From the NCBI GenBank assembly GCA_037379345.1, contig CM074522.1:5394001-5458000 (forward strand): a stretch of 64,000 nt of DNA. The letters are read 5' to 3'. Below the pieces are notes generated by a model that was not told the origin of the DNA, did not search any database, and saw nothing but the letters and a program-made list of their open reading frames with translations. Below are positions 24,601 to 36,761 of this stretch, one piece after another. Position 1 is the stretch's first letter, and the number at the start of each line of letters is the position of its first letter. A program made the translations under genes and the position numbers. This DNA is from Perna viridis (lineage: Eukaryota).

Positions 24601-27600
24601 GGTGTTACTCCGAGGATTATAAGTTCACATGATCAACAAGTACCTTCAAAAGAAGCAGAGACGCAAAAAGAAAGATCGATTCAAGCCTCCAAACAGACGA
24701 AAAACATCAAAGTTAGACTGTTACATCCAACACCAAGGCAACATGCCGAGGTAGCGCAAAAGAAACAGGTAAAAATAAATCAGAATTTAAGTAAACATTC
24801 AAAACCAAGGGGGATCTACATGAACCAATCGGGTGATGAAGTAATGAGACCTCGTGAAAAGATTTCAAGCGTTATGAACAAGCGAAAAAGAATTGATGTT
24901 ATAATAAATTCGAAACCATCGCCTGATTCAACTAATTCAGACGTCAAATATTCAGTGAAACCTGCAGGCAAAGCAAGATTGTCAACTTTTTCAATTACAC
25001 ATCCAACTTTACGAGCCAGGAAACAATCAAAGGTTGATGAACCATCTAAACGGGGAGGAAAAAAAGACATCTTAAATGATGACCCCCATACTTCTATGGA
25101 TAGTTTAATAAAACCTCCGGTTGATGGGAAAATTGAAACAAAGGATAATTATAAACTCAAACATGTAAACCAACCAGATAAACCTGCACAACCAATAAAC
25201 GGTGCATCATTGTTTCACAAGGTGAAAGTCAAACAACCACTTAATAATACCTTAATTCCGCCAAATAATACTCCTTCTTCCTTTTACAAGGTTATGGTTG
25301 ACGAAGCATCGAATGTCAAGCAGGACATTGCAAATAGGAAAAATATGAGCAGGTCCTCTAAAGTAAAAAATCGGCGAAAAAAACAAAGCCGAACGGTAAG
25401 ACGAAAATTAAAAGTTGGCAGTTCGGATGCTACCCATAGACACCATCAAAATAAAGGACAAATTGTTGATAACAATGAAACAAATAAAGAAGACAAACAT
25501 ACAAACTCAGATTTACCAAATACACATACACAAAAGGGCAACGCAGTGGGTTTCCAATCAGAGAATGACCATCAATCGCAACCGTCAGATCCTATCGACA
25601 ATAATACGTCAGAAGCTCAACTAAATGAACTTGAAAACTTGAAAATTCTAGAACAGACGAGATATGATGCGATGAAGAAGACAAATGAATTAAGTATTGG
25701 CAATATCAAACCAATTCCAGAGCCAAAATCATCTATCACTAGTTCATCGATCAACTATGTTTTAGATGCTATCAATTCAAGTCAAAACGATAAAAATAAT
25801 GATATTACAACGCATAGTAAACACAACAGCTTTGCTAATTCAAATCAGCAAAATAGTGCCAAGAGAAAAACGATGCGTAAACAGCATTCTAAGACGATAA
25901 TAAAACGACCATCCGATGAACCAAAAATGAAACCACCAACCATGCCACCGATAGAAATTGCAACCCTCCCACAAATTTCGAATGACACGGAATACAATGA
26001 GGCTAAATTCGAGTCCTTGGTCGACGACACAAATACAGGTATTCATATATTGTCTGCTGATAATAACAAATCATCAATTAAAAGAAGAAAACCTCATTCA
26101 AGTAAAAACATAAGGCGCCGAAAACATCGCATAACCTCTCAATCTAAAACCATATCTAGTAATATCAATAATCCTAATCAGGATAGCAACATAAAAATAC
26201 ATTCTGTCAAAGTTGAACCTACAACGCCATTGGAGATTGATCGTCATTCCAAATTCAAAAAACATTTAAGCGCGAAGTCTGTATCATCAAATAAGGTAAG
26301 TGGTACTGACCTAAGGCAAAGAGAAAATGGACAGACAACACTCAATAATATTGCTCAATCGACTTCGAATGATCAATACAAAGACAGGCAGATAACAAGC
26401 CCGGACAACACAATGGTTAAAAGCGAGGGAGTTGGACATAATAGAAGGAATCAGGATGATCATTCACGGACTGGAGCAGAAGAAGAAATGAATGTTAATA
26501 CCGACAACAATCTTATTAAGAGTATTGTAAAGGTATTAAAACAACCTTCAAAGGAAAAATTAAAAACATCCTTTATTCAATCCACTACTACCGAGAATAA
26601 CAAAGAGCAGGGTACATTTGAACGAATAAAAACAAAAAAAATCCCAAATGAAAAGAGGAAAAGGAAAGAGCTGTCTGGGATAGTAATGAGTTTGAGTCCA
26701 CGAGATCGACACAATCATATACAAACTACTTCACAACAAATTAGAACAATGATTGATCCAGACAAAATTTCAATAAAAGAGGCAATTAAGAAGGGCAAAA
26801 GGAGGAAAGGTCACCGTTCGCGTACTGAAGAAAATGACAAGCAAGTTGAAGAAATTATACCAAAAATCGAGGTGATGTCACCACCAATTAACACATCTAT
26901 TGATAGCCAACATGCGATCGCACCTGACTCGAGAGTACATCAAGACATTACCGATCATCCGCCTCCTCCTCCTATTAACCATCGAATTGAGAACAAAAAT
27001 CATGTTTCGAATCCCTCAGCCTCAAATAAAATTATTCCACATGACCTAAATAACGATATGTGGCACGACTTTTTGAAACCTAAGCATCATTCCTCAAATA
27101 AAGTAGATAACCCTAAGAAAGTGAGGTCAAATAAAAGACGTGAACTTAAGCCATTGTCGTCAAAAAATACACAAACGCCTGAGCAATTGTCGTCACATAG
27201 TATACGTAAATATTTACATGCCACTATAGCACCGAGAAAACAAACTAGCCATAGAGGACAGCAAGGACGTTTAAAATCAGGCAAACTTCTAGTACCTAAA
27301 CCCAATTATCGAAAAGAGGTAAAAACCCATGGAAGGACAATGAACAACGATGAACTCACGGAGTACCATGATTATAGTGAAAGTCATAGTTCTGATTACG
27401 ATAGAGGAAATGAAGATTATGATGAATATGATAGTCGTTATAACAACGGAAACAAAAATAATCATGAGAGTCATGAATATTATGATGGCGATGAAAGTCA
27501 TGATAATGATGATTATGACAGTAGGGAAAATCATGATTATGATAGTGGAGAAAATCATTATTATGACAGTGGAAAAAATCATGATTATGGTGGTGGGGAT

Positions 27601-28860
27601 AGTAATGATCATGATAATAGTGATAGTGATTATGATTATGATGAGGTTTCAGGTCATAAGCTGTCAAATACAGAAACACATAAGCATTACAAAGATCATG
27701 ATGATTATGAGTATTATGGTGATAGCTCTAGTGAAAATCATGATTCTTCTAACAATGCTCCAAGGGAATCAACTGTCTACATGAGACATAAGCATCGTGG
27801 GAACTATGGGGACGACTCGACAAAATACATAAAACAGTCAGCTCAATACTATTCCTCGCCTCACAACTCCGACTATTCTGCGGAATACGATCCGGGAGAA
27901 TATCCTATGAATGATGTCGACTCAAAAGAATATACTAATCCGCCTAATAAATACAGAAAACGTAATATGAAAATTTCGGATTTATATTATTACGATGAGT
28001 CGTCAGCATACGAATCAGATTATCGTCATGATTACGATTTTAAATATTCAGATAGTCAAGAACAAGACTACAACGACTATTCAAGAATATCGTACACAAC
28101 ACATATTCCATTTACGGCAATACAAAGACGCTTGAGAGCTACCGGAAAAGGGGCAAGTACACATCCAGTCGATTATTCTAGAGCGAGGCAAAAACAATTA
28201 CACAGAGAACATACAACACGGCATCGTCAATGGAAAATATCACAAAATAACAGGCAACTCTATGTTGACGCTAATGGACAAATGAGGTATGCAAACATAC
28301 AAGAAAGGTTACAATCAAGAAATTTGCCCTTGAACAGAAAAACAAAATCTCAGCCACATAGAGAAATTAATGAAGACTCAGAATATGATGATCATTACTT
28401 TGATAACAGTGATTCTGATTATTTTAGCTATGAATATGAGTACTATAGTGATGAGCAAACGCATGAAAAGAGTCATAAATCACACGGAACAAAGTCACTT
28501 TCCAATCAACGACAACGGCAATCGACAAACTTTTACGATCATGATGATGACAATTATGGTGATGAAGACGATGGTGCCGACGATGACGATGGTGATGATG
28601 ATGATGATTATACGTCCTCTGAACATAGTCATGAACACGCCGATGACTATACGGATGATTATTTCTATGTTGAACCAGTGGGAACAAGTAGTCGTGACAC
28701 TGTGACGCTCTTACGAGCACCTCGTAATAGGAAAAGTCACAATCAACGAATGAGGAGGGGTAATGTCCCTTCAAGACGGTCTCATTCGCAATTAAATGAA
28801 AAATGGCGATTGTGTGACTGTGTCCTTTGGAAGAAGGTGCGACCAAAAAAATCAGGATAA
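21665..28860 (+). CDS. Giant 7.2-kb terminal exon of a ~2410-aa, probably secreted, intrinsically disordered Lys/Ser/Asn-rich protein with Asp/Tyr/His-rich C-terminal blocks
   Basis: Uninterrupted 7.2-kb ORF in very AT-rich DNA. The frame extends 39 codons upstream of the track's GTG start to a strong acceptor ctttctttccAG at 21663-21664 (phase 1). Stop TAA at 28858-28860. AATAAA at 29402. Confidence 0.9.
27511..27606 (+). repeat. In-frame 24-bp coding repeat (DYDS[RG]ENH) x4
   Basis: GATTATGACAGTAGGGAAAATCAT / GATTATGATAGTGGAGAAAATCAT / TATTATGACAGTGGAAAAAATCAT / degenerate fourth copy. Confidence 0.85.
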
Positions 28861-29583
28861 CACAAGAGTATATTTGATCAGAAATGGCAATCATCCTAAA
28901 GTCCCATTAGTGAATAAGACATGACTGACCCAAGTTGTTGTTCTCAATAAGAGTCATATGAGGAGGATAGGGGCTGGGTTTTTATTTTTTTTTATATTCT
29001 TTATTTTGTCTTATTTTTCTTTCATTTGTGGTTGCTGAAGTAATATTGAACATCACCGGGACTGGTGTTATGTTTCATCGAGTACGAGCTTAAATTTAAT
29101 ATTAGTATTTCGGGAGAGTACATTGAGAGTGATTTGTAATCCTTAGCCTAGGGGTACAAATTGAAGACAAAAAAAAAGAGAATTTGAATGGAAATAGTTC
29201 TGATGCGAAATTCAAATGTCAAGAAAAATATTATTTCTTCAACTGATAAAACAGTTGTCTTTCACAAAGCCCTTAATAACACGAGTTTGACCGGCGGTGA
29301 CATATTTGGTCACCACTTCCTTTCGGTCACCTGCCTTATACCTTAGCGTTTTAAGTTCGAATTACTTTATTAACTCGCGAACTTCCTAATCTGGTATGAT
29401 TAATAAACGGTTTAATCAAAAATACGACAGCATTCCTACTGACCAATTTATGAAGGAATTACAAGTTATTTGAAGAATTCATTTGTGGTCTTAATAAATT
29501 CTTTTGGTTGTGTTTGAAAAATGAGTTTAATCAACGTAATGACAATGTATGTAGATGCGTAGACGTAGCTGTATATACATGTA

Positions 29584-29789
29584 GTTTAATTTGGCTTTGT
29601 CTTCAAGGCAAGGATAATAGCTGTATAATTACAGTTTTATTTGTTTAATTTGGCTTTGTCTTCAAGGCAAGGATAATAGCTGTATAATTACAGTTTTATT
29701 TGTTTTATTTGGCTTTGTCTTCAAGGCAAGGATAATAGCTGTATAATTACAGTTTTATTTGTTTTATTTGGCTTTGTCTTCAAGGCAAG
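29584..29789. repeat. 59-bp tandem repeat, 3.5 near-identical copies
   Basis: GTTTWATTTGGCTTTGTCTTCAAGGCAAGGATAATAGCTGTATAATTACAGTTTTATTT starting at 29584, 29643, 29702, 29761. Confidence 0.92.
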
Positions 29790-32254
29790 AGGGATAATAC
29801 AAAAAGGCTTTTGAGGCTTGTGGTTAAATGTTCTTTACGAAAGAAGTCGAAATTATAGAAAAGGCCTCTGCGCATTTATAGTTTTCGATGTATTTCATTA
29901 GGTGCGTGTATAGTACATGCGAAGACTTGTGCATGTTACTGTAATGTACATGTAATATCTTTGAACCAAATAAAGGGAATTTCCAGATAAATATACATCA
30001 TTTATACTTAAACAGATGCATTATTTCAATAAGTTACATTTTTTTACTGTTTTTAATTTTTGATTTACATGCATGTACTTATTCACATGTTATAAATCTT
30101 ATTTTACTTGACAAATGCCAATTATCATTATTGTGTAATAGGCCATATTTCTCTTCGATTTCCTTCATACATGTAATTAAGTATCAGTCTTCGTAAAATC
30201 TATATATTTTAAGGCAAATATTGGCATATTCGTGTATAGATTTTACAAAATGTCCTAGTTTTTATGGACGCCGATACACATGTACCTCGCACTAATGAAA
30301 TATTGTTATTGGCACACAAAAGGGCCAAAAGCATGATACATGTATCACCGTATGTGATAAAAGGTGCGTGGTACGATTTTGTCGTACGATAATAAGTGAA
30401 ATAAAAAATGAAAAAATTACACAATAATTCCATTGTCGTGTTTGACTTTGTTCCGAATACTCACTTATCAATCAAACAAATACTTGAAATGAATCAGATT
30501 GAGTTTAAATTTCAATTAGTACTAAGAGGTTAAAGTTCATAAAATGTGTTGGATAAGTTACATCACAGACGTACTACACTTTCATGATTGCATCCTGTAT
30601 GTTATGAGATTGAGAATTGTCTTTTCAAGCCTCATTGAAAGAGCATGTGTAAAAATGTCTTTTTGGATAAAAATATAAGAAATACTTGTTATAATTATTA
30701 CTTTTCATAATTCATCCCAGGGCCCCTTTCGTTTGTTTTTTTTTTTTTTTTTTGTTTCGTTTAAATGCTTACTAGATACACATGTAAGAGTTTTTATTAT
30801 TGTGAATTTCTTTGCTGAAGGAAATTAAATTTATGGAAAGCTCATTTTCCTTATTTATTGTTCTTGAACCTTAGAACAAAGACAGAAAATATAGATAGCA
30901 GGCACAAGTGAAAAAAACGCAAACTTAAGACATGACTGTGATATAGTCTCATTTTTGTCAATTTATGGCAATGACATAGCAATCGCAAAAGGCGAAATAT
31001 CGTCTAAAATATGTTTGCATCTCCCGCAGAAAATAATTTTCTCGACATTCACAAGTTTGATTCAAGGGAGCATGTATCAGTTAAGGTAACTACGCATATC
31101 AAAATGTACATGTATTTATGCAGTTTAATTTGCTTTCGGATCTAAGCAGGATCTCTGTTTGTTTAATTCGGATTAGACTTTAAAAAAAGTAATATATTCT
31201 TTCATAAATCACAGTTCTAGTTTTGTCGTAATTTTCATATAAGGTCATGCTATTGTAATCCGGATGTATAGAATCGACTACACTATGACAAATCGTCCCG
31301 TATCTAAATGATACCTTTATACCATTTAACATAAGCTATTCATTATTTGAATATTGTGGTGAGATTTAAGTATGATACTTGTAGTTGGAGTCTCATTCAA
31401 CATTAATTGACCAATAACATGAGTACTTTGATTTATGCTTATAGACGTTGTGGAATCTTGTGTACATTGTACATGTAATTGTTCACGTGGTACGTCCTTT
31501 CCTTCTCTAAAAATATCAGGAAAGTGATATTTGAAATTCACAGAACTAATTTTCAGTATGAAAATGGACGAACAAATTGCTTCTAGTTATCCATGTTCAT
31601 GTCAGAATCTGATAATGTATCTCCTAAAATAGACTAAGAATACCACTTCGTGTCAACACACATATATGTACTGAATCAAACTTTCAGAATAAAAAAGGGG
31701 AAATATTATGAATACATTTCATAGGAATTAATTCTTCAAATGTGAAGTCAAGTCCACAAGAACTAATATGCATATATATACTGAATTTCATGGTCCCAGT
31801 CTCCGTTTGAGCTTTATTTCGTGGTTAATGTTGTTCAAGATTTTTACAGACTGGGTGATTATTACCCTGCTAAACAAATCTATTCCATAATCTGTGATAA
31901 TAGTCCAAATCAGACGCGTAGAAAATCATAATAAAAGTTTTCGTAGTTACTCATATGACATATAGTGTCAAAACATTACAAGACGAGATACTAAATATAG
32001 ATCTGCACGTACGAGACGTGTAGGTCATGCAATGCTCTATATAACTATGTCTGACATTTGGCATGTGACAATTATTTAGGGGGTTTTCTGTCCGACTTAT
32101 GTACTGATGTGTCATTAATTTCTATGTACCAAATAAAATGATATTACAAAGATCATGTGACGAGCTATTAATTGTACATGTATGCGGACCTTAACCCTGT
32201 TACTGCAAACTACGCAGAAAGATCTGTCCATTCTTGTCATGTATGCACAGGTGC

Positions 32255-32457
32255 TTGCTCCCACTATCAAATATGCACCCCCATTAGTATGTAACACGTC
32301 GTTTTATATACATTCGGGTACTCCCACAACGTAAGAGGTTGGAATTCCGTTCCTCCATACTTATGATGGCACCAAGTCAAAAAATAGCTTGCCAGACATG
32401 CAACCTGTAGCACCGCCGGAGTAAGTAGTCGGGTTGCATATTTGATAGTGGGAGCAA
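32255..32457. repeat. Fold-back element with a perfect 23-bp inverted repeat
   Basis: TTGCTCCCACTATCAAATATGCA (32255-32277) / TGCATATTTGATAGTGGGAGCAA (32435-32457). Confidence 0.85.
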
Positions 32458-35400
32458 ACCCATGTGACGTATGTAACTCTTGTATGTTTATGTCCTTATA
32501 TACATTCTGCAAGACTCTTACTTGAATTAACAAATGGAAGAGATATTAAATTGATCAAATCAGTTAATCGCGCCTACCCGATCCGACAATCTAAATAGTC
32601 AAAACTGAAATAAGGTGGTCAATTTTTGTAAACAGCGATGTTTGGATGTCATTATAGAGTTATCTCCATTTTTTTTGTGTGTACATATAATTAATAGAAA
32701 ATCAGCTTTTTGGTTTGAATTACACTCGTCATTTAAAATACCGTATCCTCAATTCTGAAATGGATTCTATGTCCAGATTTTGTATTGAGAATTCGTAATT
32801 TCAAAACTTATAAAATTTAAAGGATTTTTATGACACAAATTATGCCCCATAAAACAGCATACTCTTATGGATCTTATCGGGTTTTGGCTTTCCATTTCGA
32901 TATTGTTTGGTCTTAAGTCCTTCTTGTATACATTTTTTGTGTGCGGGGGAGATCTTGAACATCCTGAGTGTTTGGTTCTAATGCCGCTGATAGCTTACTC
33001 CTTGAAACTCGGGTAGACTCGATACACATGAATTTCAGGTGAATTGTGTACCAAATTAGCTCACTTTAGGCTAAAACAATTTCTTATTCATCTGAAAATC
33101 GTGTGAAATTTTGTCTGCGTACGTGTAAAAATTCTATGCATTTAAATCCAACTCCGAATGACAAAAAAAATAAATTTAGATTCTGTTTTCAAAACACTAC
33201 AAATAATAAGTAGCCTTCAAATCCTATACCCAAACACAATAACACCATGCTATTGAAATGACAATCACTTATTAATAATCTATAGGAAGTTAGGAATGGG
33301 ACGTTTAAAATTCCATCAAGCTTTCAAAAATAAAAATAATAAAGAGAAAATTAAATAACATAATGCAAGAACTTGTTTTGTAGTTGCGATGAGTTGAAAG
33401 AACTTTCCATTGAACCTCAACGTGTCTTTTTTCATTTCGATGACTGCACATTGTCTTTTTTCTAAAGTAAATTTTAACGCCTATTCAAGAGACTCGGATC
33501 AGGTTATATACATTACACACACATGGTATATACCCCCTGTATTCTTATGAAAGAATGTTCGAACCTGATAATTCTGTAGGTAATTTGATAAAGACAAAAT
33601 AATAACATTGTATCTTGTTTGCTAATAGACTTCGAATCGAAATGGTTGTGATTAAAATGTGATAATTTAGGCGAATTCGTGAACTTTTGTATTTCATCGA
33701 TATAATGTCATGATTTTCCATGTATAGGATATAGAAATAGCTAAAATTCGGTGAGTATAAATCTAATAAATCTAAAATGTAACTCATTTGTGTGCTTAAA
33801 CTGCGGATGAAAAGGGGTACATGTATGTTGTGATAAATCTGTACATATTTTATAATTTTGTATTATATACCACTATCATAACTGAAAGTTTTCGTCTTAA
33901 TTGATGAAAATCCGTGTAAGTGTTTTTCACCAAACGATGGCTATGCTAAATCATTTGATACGCGCCTCCCCCCACCCTTTTCATGACAAATCTGAAAACA
34001 GTGAAAATGATATGTAGCTTTCTAATTCCTCCACGAAAAAAAGTTTTGTGCACCGAATCCTGACCAGAAGGATGATAAAACCATACAAAACATTCAATCA
34101 GACAGACGGACTGGCAGCGGTGTACCATTAGGTAATATGCCCTTCAAATGGGTCTTACATGCATGCATAATACTAGTGTACAAGTCGTACGATCGTGAAA
34201 AGTATAAATTCAAAGATTTTTTGTATACATCAACATTTCTTGACTATAGACAACATTTAAACAAAAACAGCTTCATGCGGGATCCGAATGTTATAACGTT
34301 TAGGCCTGAAGCAGAAGTCACCTTGTCCATACAAGGCCAGATTTTCCGGCCACAGTGCTGTCAAGGTGTGTACCCCAAAGGACTAAATAGGATAGCCGTC
34401 AACCGTATGATAACCTGACCATAGTGGGTACAGATGATTAGAGAGCGTTACGCTTCATACACGTTATTGACCCCATCGTTATGGTGTTCTTCTCGAATAT
34501 TCTCCTTGGAGCCTGTACTGATGTTACAAAATGCGCCGCTCTACCTATAACTCCCATATTCCGGTGGCAGTCAGTATTTTTCTAATTCTTGGTTCCCATC
34601 CTATTTTCAACTTGTTCTGTTTCTGATCACGTACGACATATTGACGTTAAACAGACACCAATAAAACAATAAATCAAAAACAAAACCAAGATTCAAAATT
34701 TATTGATACATTCACACCATATAAAAAAAAATACCAAGACAAATTGTGTGCAATGGAGTTTTCGGTATAAAATGATCCTTTCAACTCCAATTCGAATTCT
34801 TAACATTCTTTTCTTTAAACAAAGTTTTTGATATGCTTGGTTGTCTTTTTTATCAGGTCCGCGAAGATACACTGAGAATTCATGGCCATATCTAAACTTT
34901 ATTACAAATTAAACTTGTGTATCTTTCTGATGAATAATAACAGAAATATCGACCTGATAAATTCTAGGCAATATGGCTAAACCAAGGGAAAACCGAAGTT
35001 GGAAACCTCCGCAACTGGGTACAAACATTTCCGATTGAAATGATGGGTTAGTTACAGCATTTCTACTAGTTGTTGCATGGCAGTAGTGGTGCTATCAGAG
35101 GGTCGACTTACCAAGTCTAGCTAGGAGTGAAATGTATGATGATCAACATGAATTCAAAATGATTCGCTTAACAAGAACATAAAATTGTAGTAGGGGACCA
35201 AGGGGGATGTCCGAGGTTTACCACCCTTTTGTAGGAATTTTTTGAGAAGTTTCGCAAAATTTTAACAAATGAGCCCACACACTAATAAATTTCTGTATCC
35301 GCCACTGAAACGGCTAGTCAGTGATGAAAATATTTGATTGATAGAATTGATACAGAATTTTGGAAATCAGCCTTAAATTGATTATTGACACGACATATTT

Positions 35401-35970
35401 CAACTTACAACAGATTACGCCAACTACAATGAAAAGTCGTCAATTAAGAATTATGAACAATATTTCAATACATATTTTCATTTAAAAAGATCAACATGAT
35501 TAAAAACCACTTTTTATTAATCAGTCAATCAAAATGAAGTATCTTTTTGTTTTATTTGAACTGCTTATTGATGGTTCTCGACACAGAGGTCTTGACAAAT
35601 ATTATTTTTATGAACCCCTTTAAGTACACATCATATTTTTAATTAGACAACGAAGTAATTCTTACTTTCAGTTCTTACGTGTCAAGTGTGTTTACTCAAG
35701 TTTGTATCGAAATCTCGAGTATCTCTTTTTGTTAACTTTTGCAAATAAAGAAAATTTACCAGTTTGAGTTTTACTAGCAATTTACGCGATGTTGTTTATG
35801 TACCTCAGAGCATAGGGACTACTGAATGTACATGTAAGTTATTAAGTTGTTTAGTATTTCTTGGCATTTTCAATAAAATCGGATACACACTTGTGCACTT
35901 TAAAATGGTGGCAATTGTTGATTTTTTTTTCAAATGGAACTCAATTCACTTTTAATATTTTTTATAACGA

Positions 35971-36761
35971 CCTATCCGGGAACCGGTTTACACATATTAC
36001 TGGTCTATCCGGGAATCGATTTACACATGTTACCGGTCTACCATGGACTCAATTTACTTATGTTACCGGTCTATCCGGGAATCGGTTTACACATGTTTCC
36101 GGTCTACCCGGGAATCGGTTTACACATGTTACTAGTCTATCCAGGAATCGGTTTACACATGTTACAGAGCTATCAAGGAATCGGTTTAGACATGCTACTG
36201 GTCTATCCGGGAACCGTTTTATACTTGTTACCGGTTTCTTCAGGAATTGGTTTACACATGTAACCTAGCTATCAAGGAACCGGTTTACAGCTGTTACTGG
36301 TCTATTCGGGAATCGGTTTACACATGTTTCCGGTCTATCCGGGAATCGGTTTACACATGTTACTAGTCTCTTCAGGAATCGGTTTCCACGTTACCGAGCT
36401 ATCAAGGAACCGGTTTACATGTTACTGGTCTATCCAGGAATCGGTTTAGACATGCTTCCGGTCTATCCGGGAATCGGTTTACATATGTTACCGAGCTATC
36501 AAGGAACTGGTCTACAGTTGTTACTGGTCTATTCAGGAATCGGTTTAGGCATGTTACCGGTCTGTCTGGGAATTGGTTTAGACATGTTACCGGTCTACCA
36601 AGGAATCAGTTTACACATGTTACCGGTCTATGCGGGAATCGGTTTAGACATGTTACCGGTCTACTCAGGAATCAGTTTACACATGTTACCGGTCTACCCA
36701 GGAATCAGTTTACACATGTTACCGGTCTATCCAGGAATCGGTTTATATTGGTTTCATTGTA
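35971..36761 (-). repeat. 33-bp minisatellite (~23 copies) ending in a MITE-type terminus
   Basis: Unit GGTCTATCCGGGAATCGGTTTACACATGTTACC. The array ends GGTTTCATTGTA (rc TACAATGAAACC, similar to TACAGTGAAACC). Confidence 0.88.

Noticed and set aside
27289-28894. His-rich and Ile/Met-rich ORFs overlapping the giant ORF in other frames and strands
   Set aside because: Shadow frames of GAT/CAT/TAT-rich codons in the real reading frame.
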